47,495 nucleotides of DNA from an uncultured Pseudomonadota bacterium (lineage in GTDB: Bacteria > Myxococcota_A > UBA796 > UBA2385), in assembly GCA_913044235.1 (NCBI GenBank), contig CAJWOS010000001.1:1-47495 (forward strand). Direction: 5' to 3'. The notes under the pieces were generated by a model that saw only the letters and a list, made by a program, of their open reading frames with translations, had not been told where the DNA came from and did not search any database. A program made the position numbers and the translations under genes. This document shows positions 20,572 to 29,876 of the stretch, in pieces; positions within the stretch are counted from its first letter, which is position 1, and the number at the start of each line of letters is the position of its first letter.

Positions 20572-23409
20572 CTACGGAGCGTCTCGCTCGCACCTTTGCA
20601 GCTTCTCTTGGGGCAGCACCATCGTGGGCCTCATCTCCCAAGCCCGCTGCAAAGCATCCCGGGCACGCCCGCAGTCTCCCATGGCCAAGAAGACTTCGCT
20701 TCGGCCCACCTGGGCTTCTGCACGTAGGTGGTTTCGGTCTTCTTCCAGCGCGTTGAGGGCTGCGTTGTACGCTTCGAGCGACGCTTCGGGCTGGTTCAAT
20801 GCGAGCAGTGCAGCGCCGCGTCCGAGCTCCGCACGACCCACATCAGCGTTGGACTGGATGGCTTGCGTGTAGCCATCCAATGCGGCGATGAGATCGCCCA
20901 GTTGCATGTGGGCGTCTGCGGCCTGCAGATGTGCGAGGCCAAAGTCTGGATCGGCATCGAGCACCGTGGCGTAGTAGTCGCGTGCCTTTGCGGGATTGCC
21001 AGCCTCCAGGTTGAAGTCGCCGATCCACATGGCCCACCGCTCCGGCTTGGCCAACAGGTCGGTCCCCAATGGTGGTGGCCCAGGCTCCTGGGTGTTTTGG
21101 ACAGCTCCGAACTGAGCCACAAGCGGCTCTTCGAGTCCGTTCGCACTCACAAGCAACCGGATCTCGAGGGGGGTCATCGGGTAGTCCACCCCGCGGAAGG
21201 TGTGTTCGCGATGCCGTACGGGAAGGATGTCTGCACCGATCTCTTCGAAGAGTGCACGTGGGTTGATCTCGAACTCACTCCACTGGCGTCGGGGCACTTG
21301 GAACATGCGATAGGGCACCTCGGCACCCTGGATGGTGAGGAAGCCGATGCGATCGGTGTCTCCGAACAGCACCATCAGTCGTGATCGGTCGGTGATGAAG
21401 TCGATTCCGTACAGCACATCGAGGTCGGGCAGGCGGTTGGCCTCCTCGGGCAGACGGATCGCAAAGGAAAGAGGAACATCGGGCAGCACGATGCGGGTGC
21501 TGAGCGAGACCTGTTCGCGCCGGCGAGTGTCTGCATCTGGTGGTGCTGCCCGCAGCTTGAAGTCGAGGGCGCTATCCTTGGGGCTGTCGAGTGCGGCGCG
21601 GATCGATCCGGCCGACAGTGGCTTGCTCCTCGCCGTCCATCGAACAGGCTCCAGCGGCTCGCTCGTCCAGAATCGGAAGTCGCCGTTGACCACCTGTCCC
21701 AGGTGCGCGTGCCCCTCGAGCGGTGGTATCCACACCGCACTTCGGCGCGCATAGTCGTCGCGGTCTGCGACCGTGAGGAGCCCGCCTTTGCGAAGGTCGA
21801 TTTGCTCGTACCAGACGTTGGAGTCGATCTGGTAGTCGGCAGTTTCACCAGGGAGCAAAGTCTCGGGGCCATCCACGATCGACCAGAAGAATGGCTGCTC
21901 CGATCCCGTCTGGACGGCGAAGCGAGGGACGAGCGGCTGGTCGGACCGGTTCCAGACCGTAGCGAAGAGAAAGTCGGCCCGGGAGCCGTTGGTATAGATC
22001 CGCGGGCCCAGTCCGACGCCGATGGGGGACTCGGCAAGGCTTGCAGTGGTCAGCAGCCCACCGAGGTACAGGAAAAATGCGCCCAGCACGGCCACTGTAG
22101 GCCAGACGGAGCGGCCCGACGGCAGCGGGCTCGCCTGTGCCTTCGGTTGGTAGGTACGGGCCAGATCGAGTGCGAGCGGAAGCACAAAGTAGTACCAGTA
22201 CGAGGTCAGGCTTCGATTTCCGAACCACAGCACGATCCCGGGCGCCACCCACATGAATGCCGCCAGCCGGCCAAAGTGCCGGTAGTAGACGATCAAGCTG
22301 ACAGCCAGCGACGACCAGACGAGTGCTCCATAGGACTCTTTGGCCAGGACCAGCCATCCCGCCATCGTGAGGCTGGAGAGCCCGTACCCGAGGGTGATCA
22401 TCGGTGCGCTGAGGGGCTCGGTGATGCCCGCCCACCAGGCCAGTGGGTCCCAAATGATGAATGGTCCGTTGACGATCAGAAAGACGATCGTGCTGACCCC
22501 GCCGTACCGGACCATCTCGCGGAGTCGATCGGTGGTGGTGCCGGGCGTTTCGTGCCAGATGCGGATCAAGAAGAAGGGAGCGAGGGGCCATACCGTCTGC
22601 TTGAACGAGCAGGCGAGGCCGTACCAGACGCCCCGAAGGTTGCGGCGGTTCCAGCTGGCCACCACCGCCACGAGCAGCGTGGCCCACACCACGTCACTCA
22701 CCCCACCGAGCACGGCCAGCACGTAGCGCTGCTCAAAAAACCAGGGCAGCAGGATCACGGGGCGAATGAGGGGTGGGCTCGCACGCCAAAGCGTGATCAT
22801 GGCGACGAGGAACACGAGTGGGTAGGCCCACTTTGTGGCGATCCCAGCCGCCAAGAAGGGCACGAAGAACACCGTGGATAGGACTGGATAGGCCATCCGT
22901 CCGGTGTAGTCTCCATCCAGGAGAGGCGTAGAGTACGTGAGCGCCGAGCCATGGAGCTCGAAAGCCGGTCGGAGATCGTGCAGGTACGGGTTTTCACCCT
23001 GCAGGAGGAGCCGCGCGGCGTAGTCCTGGAAGATCACCAAGTCGGTGGTGCCGGGACCGTACATCAGGGTGTGCAGGCCATGAATGTGCACAAATGCGAT
23101 CATCCCCACGGCAAGGGTGAGGGGTATCGCGTACAACGATCGTCGAGGTGGTCGTCGGGAGGCCGCGGCGATCAGCAAGCCGAAGCAAAGACACCACTGC
23201 GCCAACATGAGGCCCATGGAGAGGCTGTTGGCCGTGACTTCGCCGACGGCGGTGACGCGGGAAGCGGCACTGAACCCAGCGATCGCCGCACCGAACAAGC
23301 CGACTCTGAGGAGAATCTGTGAGACGGCAGAGTCGGAAGAGGGTGTGGAAGCCTCGGGCTGCGCATCAGCCTCGGGCTGCGCATCAGCCTCCACAGCGGT
23401 AACGCGCAT
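20572..23409 (-). CDS. GT-C fold membrane glycosyltransferase (DUF2029/GT87-like) fused to a soluble domain and C-terminal TPR repeats
   Basis: 945 aa. N-terminal polytopic region with QDYAARLLLQGENPY...RMAYPVLSTVFFVPF, the GT87/DUF2029-type loop. A middle domain of about 330 aa. C-terminal TPRs (NPAKARDYYATVLDADPDFGLAHLQAADAHMQLGDLIAALDGYTQAI...). Confidence 0.7.
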   Translation of the reverse strand: MRVTAVEADAQPEADAQPEASTPSSDSAVSQILLRVGLFGAAIAGFSAASRVTAVGEVTANSLSMGLMLAQWCLCFGLLIAAASRRPPRRSLYAIPLTLAVGMIAFVHIHGLHTLMYGPGTTDLVIFQDYAARLLLQGENPYLHDLRPAFELHGSALTYSTPLLDGDYTGRMAYPVLSTVFFVPFLAAGIATKWAYPLVFLVAMITLWRASPPLIRPVILLPWFFEQRYVLAVLGGVSDVVWATLLVAVVASWNRRNLRGVWYGLACSFKQTVWPLAPFFLIRIWHETPGTTTDRLREMVRYGGVSTIVFLIVNGPFIIWDPLAWWAGITEPLSAPMITLGYGLSSLTMAGWLVLAKESYGALVWSSLAVSLIVYYRHFGRLAAFMWVAPGIVLWFGNRSLTSYWYYFVLPLALDLARTYQPKAQASPLPSGRSVWPTVAVLGAFFLYLGGLLTTASLAESPIGVGLGPRIYTNGSRADFLFATVWNRSDQPLVPRFAVQTGSEQPFFWSIVDGPETLLPGETADYQIDSNVWYEQIDLRKGGLLTVADRDDYARRSAVWIPPLEGHAHLGQVVNGDFRFWTSEPLEPVRWTARSKPLSAGSIRAALDSPKDSALDFKLRAAPPDADTRRREQVSLSTRIVLPDVPLSFAIRLPEEANRLPDLDVLYGIDFITDRSRLMVLFGDTDRIGFLTIQGAEVPYRMFQVPRRQWSEFEINPRALFEEIGADILPVRHREHTFRGVDYPMTPLEIRLLVSANGLEEPLVAQFGAVQNTQEPGPPPLGTDLLAKPERWAMWIGDFNLEAGNPAKARDYYATVLDADPDFGLAHLQAADAHMQLGDLIAALDGYTQAIQSNADVGRAELGRGAALLALNQPEASLEAYNAALNALEEDRNHLRAEAQVGRSEVFLAMGDCGRARDALQRAWEMRPTMVLPQEKLQRCERDAP
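23351..23391 (-). repeat. 18-bp tandem duplication (x2.3) encoding EADAQP-EADAQP at the N-terminus of the GT-C::TPR gene
   Basis: GCCTCGGGCTGCGCATCA occurs twice, then GCCTC, read directly on the + strand. Confidence 0.85.
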
Positions 23410-24499
23410 CGACCAGAGGCATTTCTACAGTCATCCCAGCGGATTTGAGGGCGTTGAACGTGGTGGTGGGAAGCTGCACACGAGCGTCGGCAGCCTCTCG
23501 CTTCGGAGCCGCCCGCATGTAAAGCATCGCATGGGGTTTTCCCGCACCTGCAGGATCGCTCGAAACGGTGAGTCGTGCCCAGGAACGGCGGCGCTCGCGC
23601 TGTTTGCGTGCTTTACCGTTCTTTCCGGCCTTCGTCGCTTCGTTGCCTTTGGAAGGCATGGCTTGTTCTTCTTCTAGAACCCACTCTCGAATTGTGAGGC
23701 CCTGGCTGCAAACGGGTGCCAGTGTGACGGTTGCCTCTGGACCCCAGAACCGCGCTTTCATCGCCTGGCCAAGCCCGGTGGAGGTATCTACGGCAGATGC
23801 CGCTCCCCTCGAGCGCACTACCGACCGGACGACCAGGGTGGGTGCACCCTCAGGCGCGGAGGTGACGGACTCCACGGACACCTTCAGCTGGCTGTCCGTG
23901 GCGGTGAGCCCGAGCAGCTGTCGATGCGTGGCTTTTGCTGCTGCTTCATCGGTGGTGCGGTGCGCCACGAGCAGGCTGGAGCGCGATCGCTCGGATGAAG
24001 CACAAGTATCGGTTTCGAGCGAGTTTTGAATCGCGATAGAGGCGCCCTGCTTGTTCAGGGTGCCGTCGGCGCTGTCCCAGAGGGTCTCGGACGCACACGA
24101 TCGCAGAGTCCAGCGGAGCGCCACGCCGGCCACGGGCTGCACGGCCGTCATGATCTGCGCACGCACCTTCTCGGCATCGGAAGTCGCTGCGAGGACGGGG
24201 AACTGAAACACAGGTGCTTGGGCTGAGAAGTCGACTTTGCGCTGCTCGCGCCGGTCGGCGCGCCGTTGCTCGCGAGTATCTTTCCGATCGGCCTTGGCAT
24301 CCTTGCGGTCAGGCTTCGCCTCTGGAGGCGGCTCTGCGGCGGGGGGTGCCGCCTCGACCGCCGGAGGTGCGGCCGGAGGAGCAGCGTCGTTGCAAGTGCA
24401 TCCCGAGAGGGCCAGAAAGCCGATAGTTGGGACAACCAGAGCAAAGGTGACAGCAGAGCGGCTGTTGGGTTTGCGGACTGAAAGCTTGGATTCTTGCAT
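23384..24499 (-). CDS. lipoprotein of unknown function
   Basis: Lipobox FLALSGC, a Pro/Ala linker, and a charged repeat (PDRKDAKADRKDTREQRRADRREQRK). The 3' end overlaps the downstream GT-C::TPR start by 26 nt, implying an operon. Confidence 0.6.
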   Translation of the reverse strand: MQESKLSVRKPNSRSAVTFALVVPTIGFLALSGCTCNDAAPPAAPPAVEAAPPAAEPPPEAKPDRKDAKADRKDTREQRRADRREQRKVDFSAQAPVFQFPVLAATSDAEKVRAQIMTAVQPVAGVALRWTLRSCASETLWDSADGTLNKQGASIAIQNSLETDTCASSERSRSSLLVAHRTTDEAAAKATHRQLLGLTATDSQLKVSVESVTSAPEGAPTLVVRSVVRSRGAASAVDTSTGLGQAMKARFWGPEATVTLAPVCSQGLTIREWVLEEEQAMPSKGNEATKAGKNGKARKQRERRRSWARLTVSSDPAGAGKPHAMLYMRAAPKREAADARVQLPTTTFNALKSAGMTVEMPLVDARYRCGG

Positions 24500-24618
24500 T
24501 TTCCACCACCAGGAAGAGACTGGACGCCGGCGGGGTTAACCGGCCAGCCGGAGTTTTTCTGTACCAATCCCCGTCGGTTGTGATGTTGCACGGGCCGTGA
24601 CGCCAAATCAGTGCTACT

Positions 24619-26061
24619 ATGCCGGCAGTCGAATCCTGGATTGTCATCATGACTCGCAAATCTACCCGCGTCTTTGGACCCCTCGACCACAACAGTGCGT
24701 CGCGGCTCGTTTCACTGAATAACGCTTCCGGTTGGACTGGAGCGGGGCTCGCGCTGAGCTTTGTTTTGGGTGTTGGTTGTACCCAAGACTACGAAATCAG
24801 CGCCGTGGAGAGCGATGACGACATTGTCGACGCTTCCCCCACCATCACCCCGTCTGCTGCCCCGAACAGCGTTGTGGCCGGAACGGCGCAAGCGGTGGAA
24901 GACAACACCCGCGTGGGTGCAGGCTCCGCGGTGCCCAGTGCACCCGAGACGGGCACAACGGGTCCACGGCCGAAGCTGTCGAACTTCGATCAGAGCCTCT
25001 ACAGCTACGATCAAGTGGACTCCACCGACGACTCGGTAGACGCCTACGAAGACGTCGAGAACCGCGAGCGGCAAGAGCTGTACGACGTTGGCCCGCAGAT
25101 GCGAACCCCCGTTGTCGACTTTCTTTTCGTGGTGGACAACTCCACGAGCATGGGACGAATCCGGGACCTTGTGCGTTCGGGCCTTGTAGGCCTCTACGAC
25201 GAAGACCCCTTCCCGGCTGAAGCGCGCATTGCGGTCATGTCCACCATCCCAGCAGACCCGTCGAACTTCTCCCAGCTCCACCCGCGGGTCAACGACCAGG
25301 GCGCTCAGCGCTTCGAGCCTGGCTTCCTGCGCCTTGTGGATCAAGCCGGCATCCAGAAGTTCCGGAAGGAAGCGCCGGAGCTTGCTGCAAGCTTCGAGTT
25401 CGACGGATGCGAAGATGCTTGGTTTGAGCCGTGGCAGGAAAACGCCCAGGGCGTTCCCTGCATGATCGCGCACACCCAGATCTCGCGCACCCCGGTGCGA
25501 ATGGAAGCAGGCCTGTCTGCCTTCCAGCAGTTCCTTCAGAAGCGTGAGGGCCGCACAACCTTCCGCGAGGGCGCTGCTGTCCACGTGATCTTCGTGTCCG
25601 ACACGCACTCTCCCGGACTCTCCGGCGGCCAGAAGCGGCTGGAGCGCACGGGTCTCGAGGTTGACCCAATCACGTACTCCGACCTTCAGAAGCTCGTTGA
25701 TGCCGACAACATGGTTCGCTCCTTCAAGGTGCATGCCATCGCGCCGGCCACGGAGTGCGTGGAAGAGTGGGCGTACCTTGGCCCTCGGTACTTCAACGTG
25801 GCAGAGGCTTCGGGCGGTGTCACGCTCGATATCTGCACCGCAGACGACTACTCCACGTTCATTCACGACCTGGTCGAAGATAGTGGCCGAATCGAGCGTC
25901 CGATCCTCTCCCTTGGTCGCCCGTCCACGGTCGTGCACGAGGTGCTGCTCGACGGTGAGCCAGTGGCGTTCGACGTGGTGGGTGATGGAACTGCGGTTCG
26001 CCTGAAGGGTCTTCAGGATCCACGGGCCGATCGGAAGCTCACGGTCCACTACCGGTACTGA
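24619..26061 (+). CDS. von Willebrand factor A (VWA) domain lipoprotein
   Basis: Lipobox VLGVGC. MIDAS-type DxSxS motif in VDFLFVVDNSTSMGR. The alternative start ATG 24649 is equally possible. Confidence 0.65.
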   Translation: MPAVESWIVIMTRKSTRVFGPLDHNSASRLVSLNNASGWTGAGLALSFVLGVGCTQDYEISAVESDDDIVDASPTITPSAAPNSVVAGTAQAVEDNTRVGAGSAVPSAPETGTTGPRPKLSNFDQSLYSYDQVDSTDDSVDAYEDVENRERQELYDVGPQMRTPVVDFLFVVDNSTSMGRIRDLVRSGLVGLYDEDPFPAEARIAVMSTIPADPSNFSQLHPRVNDQGAQRFEPGFLRLVDQAGIQKFRKEAPELAASFEFDGCEDAWFEPWQENAQGVPCMIAHTQISRTPVRMEAGLSAFQQFLQKREGRTTFREGAAVHVIFVSDTHSPGLSGGQKRLERTGLEVDPITYSDLQKLVDADNMVRSFKVHAIAPATECVEEWAYLGPRYFNVAEASGGVTLDICTADDYSTFIHDLVEDSGRIERPILSLGRPSTVVHEVLLDGEPVAFDVVGDGTAVRLKGLQDPRADRKLTVHYRY

Positions 26062-28415
26062 TGCATCTATTGAACCGGACTGCCCGCTCCCTCACCAGGG
26101 GAGTGGGCTTCTGCGATCTTGGGATCGCTGCTCGCGCCTCTGTCGGTCTGCGAACCGACCGATGTCGAGCCTTGGCCATATTCCTTTGCGGCGCGGTTTT
26201 CGTTGGCTGTCGCACGGAAATGGTGGAGCAGCCGGGGCGTTCGGCCTCCGTGATCGGTTCTGGCTCGAGCTCTGCGGCTTCGTTCACCACCGATCTTGGT
26301 GCGTTGTTGTCGGTGCCGCCGCGTCTGGTTCAGCCAGGCGCCTTGCCAGGGCTGCTTTCGCTGAAGGGGACTGCCAACACGGAAACCGACAGGGACGGAT
26401 CGCTGTACACGTGGCAGGACAAGGGCGATCTCGTGATGGAGATTGAGCTTGCCGGTCAGGCTCGACCGCATGAGCTGCGGATCCGAGCGCAGCCGTTTCC
26501 GCTTCCGGATCGCTCTCCACAATCGATCACGCCCATCTTCAACGGTCAGCCTTTGAAGAAGCAGCGGGTCACCACGCATCGAGAGGAACTTTCCTGGACC
26601 GTCCCCGCTGATGTGCTGAGGGAAGGCAACAATAAGGTGGTCCTGCGAGCAGGCTACGCCATCGCACCGGCCTCGGTGAAGCCGAGCGCGAAGGACCAGC
26701 GCACGCTTGCCTATCGGGTGTACGGAATCAGCCTTTCGCCGGCTGGACGGCAAGGTCCGGCAGGGGGTCAAGTGGAGTTGATCCCGAAGGTTCCTGTGTC
26801 GATGCCGATTGAAGGCGCCCGTGACTTGCGCCTCGCATTCGGCGATGTGAGCGTCTCGGGCACAGCACCGGTTCTGCTGAATGTCTCTCTGAGTGTGGAT
26901 GGCAGCCCCACGCTGGAACATGCCTACCGCACGGTTCAGCCGCTTGTCTTTACCGAGGCGGGCCGCAAAGACTTTTCTGTCAACCTGCCACTGAAAGATG
27001 GCGAGTCTGCGATGTTGCAGCTTGAGACGGTCTCGGAGACGGGCGGGAGCCTGCTGGTGTCTGGGTTCGAGCTCACCGGTTCCCGGGAGGGTGGAGGGAT
27101 CGCGATCGCACCACCTGAGGTGGAACCCCCACCGCTGGTGGTGTTGTACATCTCAGACACCACACGGGCCGATCGGCTCTCGCTGTTCGGCTACGACCGC
27201 CTCACGTCACCTCGGATGTCGGCGTTGGTCGAAGACGGTGCACAAGCCTGGGTTGCGCACAGCAACTCGTCTTGGACTCGCCCATCGATAGCCACGTTGT
27301 TTACGGGTCTCGAGCAAGGAGCGCACGGGGTTCTCACGAAGTGGAACGCCCTGCCCAGTGATCTGCCGGTGCTGGCAGAGTCCTTGCGGGATGCCGGCTA
27401 CCGAACGGTGGCCTTCTCCGGATCGTCTCACGTGCAGGAGGGCTCGGGCTTTGCGCGGGGTTTTGCGCGGTTCGACGACGTGAGTGAGCCCAGAGTGGAA
27501 GCCGACCTGAAGCCCCGGATCGTGCACTTCATGGACGAGATCTTTGAAGAGATCGATCAGTCCTCGGGCAAGCCGCTGTTTGTGTTCATCCACTCGATCG
27601 GTCCGCACGATCCCTATCAGGCGCCGGATGAAGCACAGGCGGCGGTCGATCTGCCGCAGATTCCCACCGTCTTCGGAGAAGATCTGGCGGAAGGGCCCGC
27701 ACAGATCCGATGGATCGAGCTTGCGTTTCGCGATCGGATCGACATGAATGGCGCCCTCGTTGGTGGACTCTCTGCACTCTATGATGCAGAGATCTGGGAC
27801 GAAGATGTGCAGATTGGTCGCTTTGTGGAAGGCCTGAAGCAGCGGGGTCTGTGGGAGCGTTCGCTCTTCGTCCTCACTTCCGATCATGGTGAAGAGTTCG
27901 GTGAGCACGGTTCTCTTCGTCACGGCCGAACCCTCTGGGACGAGCAGCTGGAAGTGCCGCTGATCATTCACTGGCCCGAAGGAAGCAAGCCCAAGCAGGC
28001 AACGACAGCGGGTCTCTTGGATGTGCCGGCCACCATCACATCCATCGCGGGTGGCGATCCCCTCTCGGGGGCTCAAGGGCGTGACTTGCGCGCGGAGCCG
28101 CCTGCGCCTCGGTACTGGCATGCAGAGATCGGAGCGGAGAAGCTGTCAGCGCTGTGGGACGACCGGTACAAGCTCTTGGTCCGGGGCGGACGCGAAGCCT
28201 CAGTGGGGCTGTACGATCGGCTCGAGGATCCTGGCGAGACCTTCAATGTGTGGGCATCCCATCCTGCTCGAGTTGAGCTGATGATGGAGGCCCTCGAAGA
28301 GCGTCATCGCGAGAATGCTGAGCTGCGGAAGGGGCACCGCGAAGAGGCGTCGAACCTTACGGAGACGCAGGAAGATCGCCTTCGGATGCTTGGGTACGTG
28401 GACGAAGACCAATAA
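26061..28415 (+). CDS. sulfatase-fold (alkaline-phosphatase superfamily) lipoprotein with N-terminal accessory beta-modules; Thr at the nucleophile position
   Basis: Start overlaps the upstream stop (TGATG). Lipobox VFVGC. Catalytic domain: LVVLYISDTTRADRL ... SSWTRPSIATLFTG ... LTSDHGEEFGEHG. The C/S-x-P-x-R motif reads T-R-P-S-I. Confidence 0.75.
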   Translation: MHLLNRTARSLTRGVGFCDLGIAARASVGLRTDRCRALAIFLCGAVFVGCRTEMVEQPGRSASVIGSGSSSAASFTTDLGALLSVPPRLVQPGALPGLLSLKGTANTETDRDGSLYTWQDKGDLVMEIELAGQARPHELRIRAQPFPLPDRSPQSITPIFNGQPLKKQRVTTHREELSWTVPADVLREGNNKVVLRAGYAIAPASVKPSAKDQRTLAYRVYGISLSPAGRQGPAGGQVELIPKVPVSMPIEGARDLRLAFGDVSVSGTAPVLLNVSLSVDGSPTLEHAYRTVQPLVFTEAGRKDFSVNLPLKDGESAMLQLETVSETGGSLLVSGFELTGSREGGGIAIAPPEVEPPPLVVLYISDTTRADRLSLFGYDRLTSPRMSALVEDGAQAWVAHSNSSWTRPSIATLFTGLEQGAHGVLTKWNALPSDLPVLAESLRDAGYRTVAFSGSSHVQEGSGFARGFARFDDVSEPRVEADLKPRIVHFMDEIFEEIDQSSGKPLFVFIHSIGPHDPYQAPDEAQAAVDLPQIPTVFGEDLAEGPAQIRWIELAFRDRIDMNGALVGGLSALYDAEIWDEDVQIGRFVEGLKQRGLWERSLFVLTSDHGEEFGEHGSLRHGRTLWDEQLEVPLIIHWPEGSKPKQATTAGLLDVPATITSIAGGDPLSGAQGRDLRAEPPAPRYWHAEIGAEKLSALWDDRYKLLVRGGREASVGLYDRLEDPGETFNVWASHPARVELMMEALEERHRENAELRKGHREEASNLTETQEDRLRMLGYVDEDQ

Positions 28416-29745
28416 ACGATGGCGCCGCTCCGTCGGGCGTCTCGATGGTCAGTCGACTGAGGAGCAGCGACGACGCTTGCTCGCCCCGACGGGCGATGAG
28501 GGACAGCTGCACCACGCGTGAGGGCGTGTTGGGGTTGCTCAGTTGGATCTCGCCAGACTGATCCAGAGACCAGGAACGAATGCGGCCGTTGCGCATATTT
28601 TTGAGCTCAACCACGAGACTGGAGGTCTGGTCGACCATTTCCACATGGAGTGTGCTTCCAGCTGGCAGGTTGAGCATGTAGGCGGTGCGAATTCCCAGAG
28701 CGAGGTGCAGCTGGTCATTGGCTTGGATCGTGGGTGACACGAGCGGATTGATGGTCATCCAGTCCAGTGCCGCTGCGAGCTTTCGCTTGTCGTTGCCTGT
28801 TCCCACGGCCGATGGGCTGGTGGCGTGGCCAAAGGTCAAGGCCACAGTGTTGCGGCCCGACCGGAAGGCGGAAGCGGGCAGCTCCGCGGTGTATTCATGC
28901 CATCCCTCTTCGAGCTGCCAGGTGCTGGTTTGGGTTCCGTTCACCACCAAGTCGAGGGTCTGGGTTGGACCGTTGGGGTACGCGAAAGGTCGAGCTCGCA
29001 GCGAGAGTGTGGAGGGAGAAGGATGACCGAGATCGAGCGAGAGCTTCGCGGTCTTCTTCGTGACCCAGGCGTAGGAAACGCCTTTCGGACCGTGTTCACG
29101 TCCGCCCCAGCCAGACTTCAAGAGTGCTTTGCTGGCTGCAGTCCCGAAGTCCACGCTGGCAGGTCGTGGCCGGTCGTCGCTCCGACCCGGCGTGGTGGCA
29201 TCGGGGTCGAAAGAGATCCGGTCAAAGGCCACGGAAAGCGATCGCCGATCGTCGGACTCAGAGTAATCGCTGGGCACTGCCGACCAGGCATACTGGAGCT
29301 CCAGCGTGTTTTCGCCGTCGTGAAAGGTGCCTTCCGGCGCGACCACTGTGTATTGAGACCAGCCATCGTCCAGGGGAATGGTCCCGAAGGTTTTCTCATT
29401 GGCCACCAACGTGACCGTCTGTCCCTCGAGCTCGAATCCACCAAAAGGACGAGCCTGGAACGTGACCGCGACATTGCCGGGTTGACTCAAGGGAACCCGC
29501 ACCTGCGAAGACGAGCCCAGTCCCCACACGAAGTCGCGGTTGGGACTGTTGCCGTTTCGAGCCCATCCATGACCCAGGTATTGCCGGCTGTCGGGGGTTC
29601 CGAAGTCGATCTCGACGAAATCGGGACTGACCGAAGCCTGCTCCAGACCGTCGATGAGGTTCAGGGGGCCGGATGCAGTCTTTTGCGGTGTTGCAGAGTC
29701 GCTGCAGGCCACCAGGGCTGCAAAACCAACGGTCCATCCAAGCAT
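28357..29745 (-). CDS. lipoprotein made of tandem accessory modules homologous to the N-terminus of the 26061 sulfatase-fold protein
   Basis: Start at ATG 29745 (MLGWTVGFAALVAC|SD). Two modules have the pattern DFGT...GW...ARPF...Q(T)..L..N......GW.(E/Q)YT...P...F..G.N...L......D.R.L..A.D.(I/M). The 3' end overlaps the convergent gene by 59 nt. Confidence 0.65.
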   Translation of the reverse strand: MLGWTVGFAALVACSDSATPQKTASGPLNLIDGLEQASVSPDFVEIDFGTPDSRQYLGHGWARNGNSPNRDFVWGLGSSSQVRVPLSQPGNVAVTFQARPFGGFELEGQTVTLVANEKTFGTIPLDDGWSQYTVVAPEGTFHDGENTLELQYAWSAVPSDYSESDDRRSLSVAFDRISFDPDATTPGRSDDRPRPASVDFGTAASKALLKSGWGGREHGPKGVSYAWVTKKTAKLSLDLGHPSPSTLSLRARPFAYPNGPTQTLDLVVNGTQTSTWQLEEGWHEYTAELPASAFRSGRNTVALTFGHATSPSAVGTGNDKRKLAAALDWMTINPLVSPTIQANDQLHLALGIRTAYMLNLPAGSTLHVEMVDQTSSLVVELKNMRNGRIRSWSLDQSGEIQLSNPNTPSRVVQLSLIARRGEQASSLLLSRLTIETPDGAAPSFIGLRPRTQASEGDLPASP

Positions 29746-29876
29746 CCGTGCCCCCCGCAACCTGGAAGTCCAGCGGGGAATGGGAGTGGGATGGGTGGAG
29801 CGGGCTCGATGGCGCATCGGAAGACAACCTCCGAAGGGGGGAGAAAAAGCGTAATGCGCCGAGCCAGATGCGACCG

